This document shows, piece by piece, positions 1 to 10,290 of a DNA stretch of 60,061 nt (position 1 is its first letter; each line of letters begins with the position of its first letter). Origin of the DNA: Candidatus Omnitrophota bacterium (GTDB lineage: Bacteria > Omnitrophota > Gorgyraeia > Tantalellales > Tantalellaceae); assembly GCA_016783605.1 (NCBI GenBank), contig JADHWG010000004.1, forward strand, positions 1 through 60,061, read 5' to 3'. The position numbers were made by a program, and so were the translations under genes. The notes under the pieces were generated by a model. That model searched no databases. It was not told the DNA's origin and worked only from the letters and a program-made list of their open reading frames with translations.

Positions 1-104
1 TAACCCCGTAGGTTGCCCCCCCCCTTGACAACCTCGTAGGTTCAACCTACGAGGTTACGGATCGAGGTCGCGGGCGGTTAAAGGTAAACAGATAGAGGAG
101 AATT

Positions 105-1145
105 ATGAAATATGAAACCGTAAGGTGGAGAAAAAATAATGTGGAGCTTATTGACCAAAGGATTCTTCCGGCGGAAATGAAGTATGTCAGATGCCGCCAC
201 GCGCGGGATGTTGAGTTGGCGATCAGGACGATGAAAGTTAGAGGTGCTCCGGCTATCGGGATAACGGGAGCGTATGGGGTGTATTTGGGGATAAGGAACA
301 GCCGCGCGAAAGATTTCAAAAGTTTTGAGAAAGATATAAAAAAAACAATAAAGTATTTGGGCGCTTCACGTCCGACGGCTCGGAATCTTTTTTGGGCTTT
401 GGAAAGAATGCATGAAGTGGCGAGAATTAACAAAGAAAGATCAGTTTTTAGCATAAAGAGGTTGATGCTGGCGGAAGCTCACGCCGTACTCGCCGAAGAC
501 AGGAAAATATGTAGAGCAATAGGCAAACATGGAAGCGCCCTCATTGAAAAGGGTTCTTCCATTTTAACGCATTGTAACGCGGGTGGGCTTGCCACGGCCG
601 ATTATGGAACGGCTTTAGGTGTTATTTTCGCCGCAAAGGCGAAGATACGGAAAGTTTATGTGGATGAGACGCGCCCGCGTCTACAGGGCGCGCGGCTTAC
701 CGCGTGGGAGCTTATAAAAGCCAAAGTGCCGGCCGTTTTAATTTGTGATAATATGGCGGCGTCATTAATGGCGAAAGGACAAGTTGGTGCTGTAATCGTC
801 GGAGCGGATCGGATCGCGTGTAACGGAGATACCGCCAACAAGATCGGGACATATTCTTTGGCGATAGCGGCAAAATATCACAATATACCTTTTTATGTCG
901 CGTCCCCTATATCAACTTTTGATATGTCTATTTCTTCCGGAGACCAGATCCCGATCGAGAAAAGATGCGAATCGGAAGTTAAAAAAGTTAATGGGAAATA
1001 TATTACCGTAAAAGACATAAAAGCGGAAAACCCGGCGTTTGATGTGACTCCCGGAAAACTTATTACGGGAATAATTACAGAAAAAGGCGTAGTTAAAAAC
1101 CCAAACAAAAGAAGAATAAAAAAAATATTAAATAAATGTTCGTAG
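105..1145 (+). CDS. mtnA: S-methyl-5-thioribose-1-phosphate isomerase
   Basis: VRGAPAIG, RPTA, THCNAGGLAT, DETRPRLQGARLT, ANKIGTY, NPAFDVTP motifs. Confidence 0.95.
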   Translation: MKYETVRWRKNNVELIDQRILPAEMKYVRCRHARDVELAIRTMKVRGAPAIGITGAYGVYLGIRNSRAKDFKSFEKDIKKTIKYLGASRPTARNLFWALERMHEVARINKERSVFSIKRLMLAEAHAVLAEDRKICRAIGKHGSALIEKGSSILTHCNAGGLATADYGTALGVIFAAKAKIRKVYVDETRPRLQGARLTAWELIKAKVPAVLICDNMAASLMAKGQVGAVIVGADRIACNGDTANKIGTYSLAIAAKYHNIPFYVASPISTFDMSISSGDQIPIEKRCESEVKKVNGKYITVKDIKAENPAFDVTPGKLITGIITEKGVVKNPNKRRIKKILNKCS

Positions 1146-1187
1146 AAGCGGCCCTTGTGACCGCCCTTGAATAACAAATTAAAAACA

Positions 1188-2084
1188 ATGAAAGAAATTA
1201 AATTTATTGAAAATATACGAGCGCGCGCCGCCGCCGAGAAAGACGTGATTGCCGGTATCGGAGATGATGCGGCGGTGCTGAAGCATGACTCGAAACAGCA
1301 CTTGCTATGGGCGGCGGATATGCTTGTCGAGGACGTACATTTCAGCTTAAAGGACGCCTCTTTCAATAAGATCGGGCGAAAGGCTGTTGCGGTAAACATC
1401 AGCGATATCGCCGCTATGGGTGGCGTTCCGAAATATATTACGGTTAGTATCGGAGTTCCGCCCTATGTGAAAATAAGAAATTTAAACAATATTTATGACG
1501 GGATATTCAAAATTTGTAAAGCTTACGGTATATGTTTGGTCGGCGGAGATACCAATAGATCCGGCAAACTGGTAATAGATGTTTCGATCATCGGATCGGT
1601 TGAAAAAAAACGGTTGGTTTTACGCTCCGCCGCGAAAGAAGGCGATATCATTTTGGTTACCGGGCCGATCCCGGATGGAAGAAAAACTCATTTTGATTTT
1701 ACTCCGCGTCTTAAAGAGGCAAGGTTCCTCACCGGAAAATATAAGATCTCGTCAATGATAGATATTTCTGACGGTATCGCGCCCGACATTGGAAGAATCT
1801 GTTGCCAAAGTGGTGTCGGATGTGTGATATCTGAAGAAGCCGTACCGCTTTCTGAAGGTCTTTCGATAAAAGACGCCTTTTATTACGGAGAAAATTTCGA
1901 ACTTTTGTTTACCATGTCTCCGAAAGAGGCAAGGCGGCTGTTTCTCGACCTGTCGAAAAAAAACAGTTTTAAAAAAGTTTTTTTTGTTATTGGTGAAATT
2001 ACGAATAAAAATAAAGGAATGTATTCCCGCGGGAAAGAGGGAGTACTAAAGAAACTGAAAATGGAAGGATACAGGCATATTTAG
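1188..2084 (+). CDS. thiL: Thiamine-monophosphate kinase
   Basis: GIGDDAA, VNISDIAAMGG, GGDT, DISDG motifs; start moved to the ATG downstream of a REP. Confidence 0.93.
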   Translation: MKEIKFIENIRARAAAEKDVIAGIGDDAAVLKHDSKQHLLWAADMLVEDVHFSLKDASFNKIGRKAVAVNISDIAAMGGVPKYITVSIGVPPYVKIRNLNNIYDGIFKICKAYGICLVGGDTNRSGKLVIDVSIIGSVEKKRLVLRSAAKEGDIILVTGPIPDGRKTHFDFTPRLKEARFLTGKYKISSMIDISDGIAPDIGRICCQSGVGCVISEEAVPLSEGLSIKDAFYYGENFELLFTMSPKEARRLFLDLSKKNSFKKVFFVIGEITNKNKGMYSRGKEGVLKKLKMEGYRHI

Positions 2085-2245
2085 GTTACACGGTACATGT
2101 TACAGGTTACACGGTACAGGTTACAGGTTGCACGTTACAGGTTACAGGTTTTCCGCCGGAGGCGGACCCGCCTCCGGCGGGAAAACGTGCAACCTGCAAC
2201 CTGCAACCTGCAACCTGCAACCTGTAACCTGTAACCTGTAACACG
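2084..2245. repeat. Inverted heptamer arrays (GTTACAG-like / CTGTAAC-like) around a CCGCCGGAGGCGG-AC-CCGCCTCCGGCGG palindrome
   Basis: Directly visible; related copies at 6690-6790 and 11974-12077. Confidence 0.85.
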
Positions 2246-2265
2246 TTGCCACATTTGGTGGATTT

Positions 2266-2736
2266 ATGAATGCTAACAAAACTATTATAACCGCCTCTCC
2301 GGAGGAGACTATTCAATTGGGGGCGCGTTTTGCCGCAAAGTTAAACGCGGGGGATGTTGTCGCTCTTATCGGAGATCTGGGAAGCGGGAAAACGGTTTTT
2401 GTGAAGGGGATGGCTTTGGGGCTGGGCGTGAAAGATCCGCTTTACGTGAATAGCCCTTCGTTTGTGATCCTGAAAGAATATACGGGAAAGAAAAAATTGT
2501 ATCATTTTGACGTTTACAGGCTTGACCAAAAAGGGTTTTGTGAAACGTTGGATCATGAAAAATATTTTTATGGCGACGGTATTACCGTTATAGAATGGGC
2601 GGACAAAATTGATCTTATTTTACCGGAGGGGCATGTGAAAATAAAAATATCATATGAGGCAGGCGATAAAAGAAGTTTTCAATTTTCTCCTCCGGAAAAA
2701 TATAAAAAGATAATAGGCGATTTACGGAAGGCATAA
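2266..2736 (+). CDS. tsaE: tRNA t6A biosynthesis ATPase TsaE
   Basis: GDLGSGKT, SPSF, YHFDVYRL, IEWAD. Confidence 0.95.
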   Translation: MNANKTIITASPEETIQLGARFAAKLNAGDVVALIGDLGSGKTVFVKGMALGLGVKDPLYVNSPSFVILKEYTGKKKLYHFDVYRLDQKGFCETLDHEKYFYGDGITVIEWADKIDLILPEGHVKIKISYEAGDKRSFQFSPPEKYKKIIGDLRKA

Positions 2737-3423
2737 ATGAAGATATTGGCTTTTGACACATCAACAAAGTTTTTAAGTATAGCTTGTATGGAAGATTCTT
2801 CTCCCCGAGCTGTTTATCACAAAGATGTTTGTGTTCGTCACAGTGAAATGCTGGTTGTCGAGATCAAGAACTTATTAAAGAAGTTGAATTGGAAATTGAC
2901 TGACATAGATCTAATTTGTGTAGGATCTGGCCCGGGATCTTTTACGGGGTTAAGGATCGCGTTTGCCACGCTTAAAGGGTTATGCTTGGCGGGCGGAACA
3001 AGAGTTTCCGCTATTCCGAGTATGGACGCGATGATTCGAACGCCTGCGGCGGGCGTTTACAAAAAAACCGGTAAAAAATTGATCGCGCCTTTTCTCGATG
3101 CAAGAAAAGGTAAAGTGTATACGTGTATTTATGAAATGTCGCGCGATAAAATACATAAACTTACGGATTATCTTCTTGTTCGAGCTGAAGACTTTTTAAA
3201 AGAACTGAAAGAGGAAGTTTTTTTCTTTGGAGATGCTGTTCCCAAATATGAAAAAGAATTGGTTTCTTGTAAATTTGCTCTTTTAGGCAATCATATGGAT
3301 TGGTATCCAAAAGCGGTGGAAATTGGACGCGCGGCTCTGAAGAGATCGGTAAAGAAAGCCGATGACGTTGAAACGCTTGAACCATTATATCTGTATGAAA
3401 AAGAATGCAATGTGTTAAAATAA
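2737..3423 (+). CDS. tsaB: tRNA t6A biosynthesis protein TsaB
   Basis: ILAFDTS, GPGSFTGLRI, DARKG, PLY. Confidence 0.93.
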   Translation: MKILAFDTSTKFLSIACMEDSSPRAVYHKDVCVRHSEMLVVEIKNLLKKLNWKLTDIDLICVGSGPGSFTGLRIAFATLKGLCLAGGTRVSAIPSMDAMIRTPAAGVYKKTGKKLIAPFLDARKGKVYTCIYEMSRDKIHKLTDYLLVRAEDFLKELKEEVFFFGDAVPKYEKELVSCKFALLGNHMDWYPKAVEIGRAALKRSVKKADDVETLEPLYLYEKECNVLK

Positions 3424-3468
3424 TAAAAAACCATCGAGTGAAACACCTAATATGGTTTGCGCGCCCTT

Positions 3469-3512
3469 CGACAACCTCGTAGGTTGCTTTGCAACCTACG
3501 AGGTTGTCGAAG
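3469..3512. repeat. GTAG-type REP palindrome, CAACCTCGTAGG family
   Basis: ACAACCTCGTAGGTTGC...GCAACCTACGAGGTTGT; family members at about 29-57, 13765-13810, 24539-24582, 38870-38917, 41920-41968 and 43468-43518. Confidence 0.85.
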
Positions 3513-3549
3513 GGCGGGGCGGTTGATAAATAAAAAGAATAGGGATAAT

Positions 3550-4674
3550 ATGGCGGCTTATCGTCCTACTTGGGCGGAAATAAATTTGGGCGCGATAAAA
3601 CACAATTTAAATTGCATTCGTTCTTTGCTGGATCCGAAAGTGAATGTTTTGGCGGTTGTAAAGGCAAACGCTTATGGACATGGGATTTGCGAGGCGAGCC
3701 GTGTTCTTTGGGAAAACGGCGCGAATTATTTGGGAGTGGCAACCGTTGATGAGGCGCTCGGTTTAAGGAATGAGGGGATAAATGCTCCGATCTTGGTGTT
3801 GGGGGCGGTTCTTTGGGAAGAGGCAAATGCCGCAGTTAAAAACAATATCACTTTGACTTTATGTGATTCACCCCTTTTGGAAGCGCTTTTAGAAATAGCG
3901 AGACAGACGAATATTACACCGAAAGTGCATATTAAAGTGGACACGGGAATGGGAAGGATAGGAGTTTGGCACGAAGAAGCGTTTGAATTTATTCGTCAGG
4001 TGCATTCAAAGAATGAAATTGAAATGGAAGGCATATATACTCATTTTTCCGCCGCGGCGCGTGACAAATTGGTGACACAGCTTCAGATAGATTCTTTTGA
4101 GAAAATCTTGAAAAATGTCGAAAAAAGCGGTATTCGTTTAAAATACAAGCACGCCGCTAACAGTATTGCCGTGGTAGATTGGAAATTATCCCATTTAAAC
4201 ATGGTTAGGCCCGGTATTTTACTTTACGGGGTGTATCCCAAAGAAGATTTTCGCGAGAAGGTCAAACTGAAAAGCGTTATGAGTTTGAAGACTCGTATCG
4301 TACATTTGAAAGAAACTCCTCCGGGTCGGGCAATAAGTTACGGACGGACTTACATAACGCAAAAAAGGACAAAAATAGCGACGATCCCGATAGGATACGC
4401 CGACGGATATGGAAGAATATTGTCGAATAAAGCGGAAGCTTTGATCGGCGGAAAATATTCCAGAATTGTCGGGATGGTTACAATGGATCAGACTCTTATG
4501 GATGTGGGGCATATCAAGAACGTTAAGATCGGCGATGTTGTTGTTCTTATCGGGCGGCAAGGTTCTTCGTCCATCAACATTGAAAGGATCGCGAAGCTCG
4601 CCGGAACGATTCCTTATGAGATATTGTCGGCTATAACCGACAGAGTTCCGCGGATATATACCCCGTCGGTATGA
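3550..4674 (+). CDS. alr: Alanine racemase
   Basis: AVVKANAYGHG (PLP lysine), KVDTGMGRIG, ISYG, GYADG; start reassigned to ATG 3550. Confidence 0.96.
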   Translation: MAAYRPTWAEINLGAIKHNLNCIRSLLDPKVNVLAVVKANAYGHGICEASRVLWENGANYLGVATVDEALGLRNEGINAPILVLGAVLWEEANAAVKNNITLTLCDSPLLEALLEIARQTNITPKVHIKVDTGMGRIGVWHEEAFEFIRQVHSKNEIEMEGIYTHFSAAARDKLVTQLQIDSFEKILKNVEKSGIRLKYKHAANSIAVVDWKLSHLNMVRPGILLYGVYPKEDFREKVKLKSVMSLKTRIVHLKETPPGRAISYGRTYITQKRTKIATIPIGYADGYGRILSNKAEALIGGKYSRIVGMVTMDQTLMDVGHIKNVKIGDVVVLIGRQGSSSINIERIAKLAGTIPYEILSAITDRVPRIYTPSV

Positions 4675-4748
4675 TGTGCTCTTGATGTGGACAAATAACC
4701 GTCAAGGATGGGATAGGGCGAAAAATTTTTCGCCCATATCTCGTAAAA

Positions 4749-4777
4749 GTAGGGGCACGGCATGCCGTGCCCCTACG
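4749..4777. repeat. GTAG-type REP, GTAGGGGCACGGCATGCCGTGCCCCTAC family
   Basis: Perfect palindrome; variants at about 19002, 24603, 35410-35525, 41269, 48035-48112, 48540-48610, 50020, 56320-56400, 57549-57710 and 59379. Confidence 0.85.
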
Positions 4778-4846
4778 TATTTGTTACCTGAATTGTGACA
4801 ATATACAAGGGGCGAATGATCATTCGCCCTTAAGATAACAACCTTA

Positions 4847-4874
4847 TTGACAAAGTCCCGCCATGTGTTATACT
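4847..4874 (+). promoter_or_regulatory. Candidate sigma70 promoter of the ilv operon
   Basis: TTGACA-16 nt-TATACT with extended -10 TG. Confidence 0.55.
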
Positions 4875-4994
4875 TCTTACTTACGGAAATTGTGAGATTT
4901 TTGCGGCAATATTAAAGAAAATATTATTATTGTATAATAAGGTGCGAGTTTGATTGGTTTTTACATATGATTTATTAACATTGAAGGGGCGAAT

Positions 4995-6689
4995 ATGGGT
5001 AAAATCACCGGTGCTGAAATATTGATAGAAAGTCTTAAAGCAGAAGGGGTTAAGCATGTTTTTGGATATCCGGGCGGGTCAATTATTCCGCTTACGGATA
5101 AACTGTATGGAGAGAAAGAGATAAAGTTCTATCTGACGCGTCATGAGCAAGGCGCGGTACACGCCGCTGACGGATACGCGCGCGCGACCGGGAAAGTGGG
5201 TGTTTGCATCGCGACATCCGGTCCCGGAGCGACTAATCTTGTTACGGGGATCGCGACGGCCAATATGGATTCAATTCCCATTGTGGCGATTACCGGGCAG
5301 GTTAATTCTTCTCTCATCGGCAATGACGCGTTTCAAGAAGCTGATATGGTTGGGATAACGCGTCCGATCACCAAACACAACTATCTTGTGAAAGATATCA
5401 AGGATCTAGCCAGAGTGGTGAAAGAGGCGTTTCATATCGCGAGAACGGGCCGACCGGGTCCGGTTCTTATTGATCTGCCGGTGGATATTCAGTTTAAGGC
5501 GGCGGAATTTAAATATCCCAAAACAGTTGCTCTAAAGGGATATAACCCGACTTTTAAAGGACATATCGGTCAGATGAAACGGATCGTGAAAGCGATCGAG
5601 AAATCCAAGAAACCGATAATTTATGCCGGCGGGGGGATTATTCTTTCCGAAGCGAGTAAACAGCTTATTGCTTTCGCGAGAAAAACAAAAATTCCGGTAA
5701 CGACAACTTTGATGGGGTTAGGCGGATTTCCGGAAGACGATCCTTTAAGTCTCGGTATGCTCGGGATGCATGGTACCGCGTACGCGAATCATGCCGTACA
5801 GGAAGCGGATCTGATTATTGCCATCGGAGCCAGATTCGATGACCGGGTTACAGGCAGGCTTGATACTTTCGCGCCTCACGCGACGGTTGTGCATATTGAC
5901 ATAGATCCGGCAAGTGTCAGTAAAAATGTTCATGTGGATATTCCCGTTATCGGTGACGCGAAGCAAATTCTTAAAGAACTGCAGAATTTGATAAAAGAAG
6001 GAAAACATGCCGCGTGGCATAAAAAAATTGCCGAATGGCGAAAAGAAACACCGCTCGCGTATAAGCAGGACAATAAATTGAGACCTCAATATGTTATTGA
6101 AGAGATCTGTAAATTAACAAAAACCGAAGACGTTATTATTTCCACGGAAGTTGGACAAAACCAGATGTGGGCCGCGCAGTATTACACGTACACGAAGCCG
6201 AGAACTTGGATCTCGAGCGGTGGTTTGGGAACTATGGGGTACGGTTTTCCGGCCGCGCTCGGCGCGAAAGTCGGCAGACCGGAAGCGATGGTTTTTGATA
6301 TCGCCGGCGACGGGAGTATTCAGATGAATATTCAGGAATTGGCGACGGCGATGATAGAAAAAATTCCGGTAAAGATAATTATTTTGAATAACGGTTGTCT
6401 TGGGATGGTACGTCAGTGGCAGGAACTTTTTTATGATAAGCGATACGCGTTTACAACCTTAGCAAAAAAAAGTTGTACGAAGTGTCCTGATTTTGTGAAA
6501 CTGGCGGAAAGTTACGGCGCCAAAGGTGTGCGAATAACAAAAAAAGCGGATGTAAAAAAAGCTCTTGAGGTCGCGATCAAGGAAAAGGGTACGATCATTC
6601 TTGATTTTATAGTTGAAAGAGAAGAAAACGTGTTCCCGATGGTGCCGGCGGGAGAATCTATTGGTAATATGCTTCATGGATTGGCGTAA
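4995..6689 (+). CDS. ilvB: Acetolactate synthase large subunit
   Basis: [28 protein letters not shown] ThDP motif, MVRQWQ. Confidence 0.97.
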   Translation: MGKITGAEILIESLKAEGVKHVFGYPGGSIIPLTDKLYGEKEIKFYLTRHEQGAVHAADGYARATGKVGVCIATSGPGATNLVTGIATANMDSIPIVAITGQVNSSLIGNDAFQEADMVGITRPITKHNYLVKDIKDLARVVKEAFHIARTGRPGPVLIDLPVDIQFKAAEFKYPKTVALKGYNPTFKGHIGQMKRIVKAIEKSKKPIIYAGGGIILSEASKQLIAFARKTKIPVTTTLMGLGGFPEDDPLSLGMLGMHGTAYANHAVQEADLIIAIGARFDDRVTGRLDTFAPHATVVHIDIDPASVSKNVHVDIPVIGDAKQILKELQNLIKEGKHAAWHKKIAEWRKETPLAYKQDNKLRPQYVIEEICKLTKTEDVIISTEVGQNQMWAAQYYTYTKPRTWISSGGLGTMGYGFPAALGAKVGRPEAMVFDIAGDGSIQMNIQELATAMIEKIPVKIIILNNGCLGMVRQWQELFYDKRYAFTTLAKKSCTKCPDFVKLAESYGAKGVRITKKADVKKALEVAIKEKGTIILDFIVEREENVFPMVPAGESIGNMLHGLA

Positions 6690-6790
6690 GCAAGTTGCAA
6701 GTTACAGGTTGCAAGTCACAGGTTTCCCGCCGGAGGCGGGTCCGCCTTCGGCGGAAAAACGTGAAGCCTGCAACTTGTAACCTGTAGCGT
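6690..6790. repeat. Heptamer arrays around a CCGCC(G/T)-type palindrome
   Basis: Same architecture as 2084-2245. Confidence 0.75.
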
Positions 6791-6864
6791 GAAATACCTA
6801 TGAGATTAAAACTACCATTCGATTTCAGCAATTAACGCTCGACGACTAAAAAAGGAGATTGAAT

Positions 6865-7347
6865 ATGCCGAAATTTGTAATAACTGTTTTAGTTGAAAAT
6901 AAATTTGGAGTGTTAGCCAGAATCGCGGGGCTTTTCAGCGCGCGTGGATTTAATATTGATTCTTTGGCTGTCGGAGAAACGGAAAGTCCCGACATCTCGC
7001 GCATGACAATTGTTGTCGAAGCGGATGAGAAAATATTGGAACAGGTGAAAAAACAGTTGAATAAGCTGATCGATGTGATCAAAGTGCAGGATCTTACCGG
7101 CGGAGAATATGTCGATAGAGAACTTCTCCTGGTTAAAGTTAAATCGGAGAACACCAAAACGCGTGAGAAGATCGTACAGATTGCGGGATCCACTGGTGCT
7201 GAGATAGTTGATATGGGTAAAAAGTATCTTACAATTGAAGAAACCGGTGATGAACATAAGATCAAAGCCCTGATAGAACTTCTGAGGCCTTACGGTATTC
7301 TTGAAAGCGTAAGAGGTGGAAAGATCGCGTTAACAGCGGATAAATGA
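6865..7347 (+). CDS. ilvN: Acetolactate synthase small subunit
   Basis: ENKFGVLARIAGLFSARGFNIDSL ACT domain; SD AAGGAG. Confidence 0.95.
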   Translation: MPKFVITVLVENKFGVLARIAGLFSARGFNIDSLAVGETESPDISRMTIVVEADEKILEQVKKQLNKLIDVIKVQDLTGGEYVDRELLLVKVKSENTKTREKIVQIAGSTGAEIVDMGKKYLTIEETGDEHKIKALIELLRPYGILESVRGGKIALTADK

Positions 7348-7469
7348 TTGGTCGAAAGAATTTCGACCAATCATCCTGAGAAGCTCTTGCGACGAAGGAT
7401 CTCAATCGAAAGAATTTCGACCAATCATCCTGAGAAGCTCTTGCGACGAAGGATCTCAATCGAAAGAAT
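7344..7469. repeat. 14-bp-arm hairpin plus 54-bp direct tandem repeat (2.2 copies)
   Basis: TCGAAAGAAT units begin at 7352, 7406 and 7460; hairpin ATGATTGGTCGAAA-GAA-TTTCGACCAATCAT. Confidence 0.9.
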
Positions 7470-7502
7470 GATTCAATACCAAACAAACGAAGGAGAAAAA
7501 CA

Positions 7503-8492
7503 ATGGCGAAGATGTATTATGACAAAGATGCTGATATGAACACTATCAGCGGCAAAAAAGTGGCGATAATCGGTTACGGGATACAGGGACGCGGACAGGC
7601 GCTTAATTTAAGAGACAGCGGAGTTACTGTTCTGGTAAGCGAACTTGAAGGTACGGTGAATTATGAGCAAGCGGTTAAAGACGGTTTCAGTGTTTTGTCC
7701 GCGGAGGAAGCGGCGAAACAAGCTGATATTATTCAAGTTTTAACACAAGACCATGTTCAGGGAGCGGTGTATAAAAACACGATAGAAAACAATCTTAAAG
7801 AAGGAGATTCTCTTGTTTTCTCTCACGGGTTTAACATACATTTTAAACAGATCGTGCCGCCGGAAAATGTGGATGTTTTTATGGTGGCGCCGAAAGGTCC
7901 GGGAGCGTTGGTGAGAGAGATGTACGAACAGGGTAAAGGCGTTCCTTGTCTTATCGCCGTGTTTCAGGATTTCTCCGGTAAAGCGAAAGATAAAGCGCTC
8001 GCTTACGCGAAAGCTTTGGGCGGAACCAGAGCCGGTGTTATTGAAACCACGTTTAAGGAAGAAACCGAAACGGATCTTTTCGGTGAACAGGCCGTTCTTT
8101 GCGGCGGCGCGTCGGAACTTATTAAAGCCGGATTCGACACTCTTGTCGATGCCGGATATCAGCCTGAAATAGCCTATTTTGAATGTCTGCATGAGCTGAA
8201 ACTTATTACGGATCTTGTCTATAAATACGGCATTTCCGGGATGCGCAGTAGAGTTTCGGATACGGCGGAATACGGAGACATTACAAGAGGAAAAAGGATT
8301 GTCGGACCCCAAACGCGCGAGGAAATGAAAAAGATCCTTGGTGAGATCCAGTCGGGAAGTTTTGCCGATGAATGGATAAAAGAAAACAAAGAAGGCCGGC
8401 CGAATTATAACAAGATAACCGAAGAAGAAAAACAGCACAGAATCGAAAAAGTCGGAAAAGAACTTCGCGGTATGATGCCGTGGATGGAGTAA
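7503..8492 (+). CDS. ilvC: Ketol-acid reductoisomerase
   Basis: [38 protein letters not shown]. Confidence 0.97.
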   Translation: MAKMYYDKDADMNTISGKKVAIIGYGIQGRGQALNLRDSGVTVLVSELEGTVNYEQAVKDGFSVLSAEEAAKQADIIQVLTQDHVQGAVYKNTIENNLKEGDSLVFSHGFNIHFKQIVPPENVDVFMVAPKGPGALVREMYEQGKGVPCLIAVFQDFSGKAKDKALAYAKALGGTRAGVIETTFKEETETDLFGEQAVLCGGASELIKAGFDTLVDAGYQPEIAYFECLHELKLITDLVYKYGISGMRSRVSDTAEYGDITRGKRIVGPQTREEMKKILGEIQSGSFADEWIKENKEGRPNYNKITEEEKQHRIEKVGKELRGMMPWME

Positions 8493-8632
8493 GAGCCGTA
8501 TGTCGTATATGGTATATCGTATATCGGAAGAACTTCCCCCGTTGAAGACGGAAGCTTTTCACGATATACGATATGCGACATACGACATACTAACCTAACC
8601 CCAATAGGGTTGGGTTCAAGAACGGGGTTTTT

Positions 8633-10180
8633 ATGAAAAACGATAAGGTGATCATTTTTGACACGACTTTAAGGGACGGGGAACAGACTCCCGGGGCGAG
8701 TCTTTCGGCGAACGAAAAACTCAAAATAGCTTTTCAGTTGGAAAAGCTTGGGGTTGATGTTATTGAAGCGGGGTTTCCACGCACGAGTCCTGGAGATCTT
8801 GAGGCCGTCGGAATGGTTGCCGAACACGTGAAGAAACCCATAATATGCGGTTTGGCCAGAGCCACCAAAAAAGATATTGATGATGCCGCGCACGCGTTAA
8901 AAAAAGCGAAGCGCCGAAGGGTTCACATATTTTTGGCGACAAGCGCCATACATCGCAAATATAAACTGCGTAAAGCGAAAGACGAAATTCTAACCGCGGC
9001 TGTCAGCGCGATTAAATACGCAAAGCGAAAATTTTCCGACATAGAGTTTTCTCCGGAAGATGCCTCTCGTACGGAACTCGATTTTCTCGCGCGTGTTACT
9101 GAGACCGTTATTAAAGCCGGGGCGACAACGGTGAATATCCCCGACACGGTCGGGTATTCCGTGCCGGAAGAATTCGCGAATGTGATAACGTATCTTAAAG
9201 AAAAAGTTTCGAATATCGATAAGGCGGTTATAAGCGTTCATTGCCACAACGATTTAGGGTTGGCGGTAAGCAACTCTTTGGCGGCGGTTTCGCACGGCGC
9301 GCGTCAAGTGGAATGCACGATCAACGGTCTCGGAGAAAGAGCGGGAAACGCCTCTTTGGAAGAGATCGTTATGGGGCTAAAAACGCGTAAAGACATCTTT
9401 GGAACACTAAAAACAAATATCAAAACCAAACAGCTTTATAAGACCAGCCGATTGGTTTCGCGTCTTTCCGGGATTTTGGTTCAGCCGAATAAAGCGATCA
9501 TCGGCGAGAACGCGTTCAGTCACGAAGCCGGAATTCATCAGGACGGAATATTAAAAAGAAGAGACACTTACGAAATTATCCGGCCGGAAGACGTTGGGTT
9601 TAAAGGAACGAAACTTGTTCTCGGCAAACTTTCCGGGAGCCACGCGTTTTCGGAACGACTTAAAAAATTGGGGTATTTTCTTGAAAAAGAAGAACTTGAC
9701 CAAGCTTTCGGCAGGTTTAAGGCGTTGGCGGATAAAAAAAGTAAGATCTTTGACGAAGATCTGGCGGCGATCGTTGAAGATGAATTGGCGACGGTGCGTG
9801 AGGAATATAAGCTTATTGATTTCGAGGTGATAAGCGGCAACAAGATCAATCCTTTAGCAAGCGTGAAGCTCACCAAAGAGAAAAAAACTGTTACGGCGAC
9901 GGCGAACGGAGACGGACCGGTGGACGCGTGCTTTAAAACCATAGATAAAGCGATCGGGCTTAAGGGGAAACTGATTGATTATAAAGTGAGTGCCGTTACC
10001 AGCGGAAAAGATGCTCTCGGAGAGGCAAGTGTTAAGATCAAGTTCGGAAAAGACATCGCCATCGGAAGAGCTTCCAGCACGGACGTGATCGAAGCAAGCG
10101 TGCTCGCGTACGTTAATGCGGTTAATAGGCACGCTTTGAGAAAAAAATCAAAAATCAAAAGGCAAAAATCATATAAATAG
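8633..10180 (+). CDS. leuA: 2-isopropylmalate synthase
   Basis: FDTTLRDGEQ, HCHNDLG, GERAGN, HQDG, C-terminal regulatory domain (GDGPVDA). Confidence 0.96.
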   Translation: MKNDKVIIFDTTLRDGEQTPGASLSANEKLKIAFQLEKLGVDVIEAGFPRTSPGDLEAVGMVAEHVKKPIICGLARATKKDIDDAAHALKKAKRRRVHIFLATSAIHRKYKLRKAKDEILTAAVSAIKYAKRKFSDIEFSPEDASRTELDFLARVTETVIKAGATTVNIPDTVGYSVPEEFANVITYLKEKVSNIDKAVISVHCHNDLGLAVSNSLAAVSHGARQVECTINGLGERAGNASLEEIVMGLKTRKDIFGTLKTNIKTKQLYKTSRLVSRLSGILVQPNKAIIGENAFSHEAGIHQDGILKRRDTYEIIRPEDVGFKGTKLVLGKLSGSHAFSERLKKLGYFLEKEELDQAFGRFKALADKKSKIFDEDLAAIVEDELATVREEYKLIDFEVISGNKINPLASVKLTKEKKTVTATANGDGPVDACFKTIDKAIGLKGKLIDYKVSAVTSGKDALGEASVKIKFGKDIAIGRASSTDVIEASVLAYVNAVNRHALRKKSKIKRQKSYK

Positions 10181-10277
10181 GGACGTCACCCATTTAATTA
10201 GGTGAAAAAATACTTATAACGCAAGCGAATGACGTTCCTATTTGATCGGTTAATTAAATGGGTGACGTCCCTATTTA
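10174..10277. mobile_element. MITE/REPIN-like element with 27-bp perfect terminal inverted repeats
   Basis: TAAATAGGGACGTCACCCATTTAATTA (10174-10200) and its exact reverse complement (10251-10277), 50-bp spacer. Confidence 0.75.
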
Positions 10278-10290
10278 AAAGTTGTTTATT

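Noticed and set aside
2107-2316. ORF with LQVAGCR repeats; N-terminal extensions of alr, aroC, GT4-GT9, queD, queC and queF
   Set aside because: These are read-through of heptamer or REP repeats; better starts exist downstream.
4875-4994. Attenuator or T-box leader for ilv-leu
   Set aside because: No Leu/Ile/Val-rich leader peptide, T-box motif or terminator is visible.
7348-7539. 63-aa repeat ORF, or a mini-CRISPR
   Set aside because: It is the translation of a 54-bp tandem duplication; there are no unique spacers and no cas genes.
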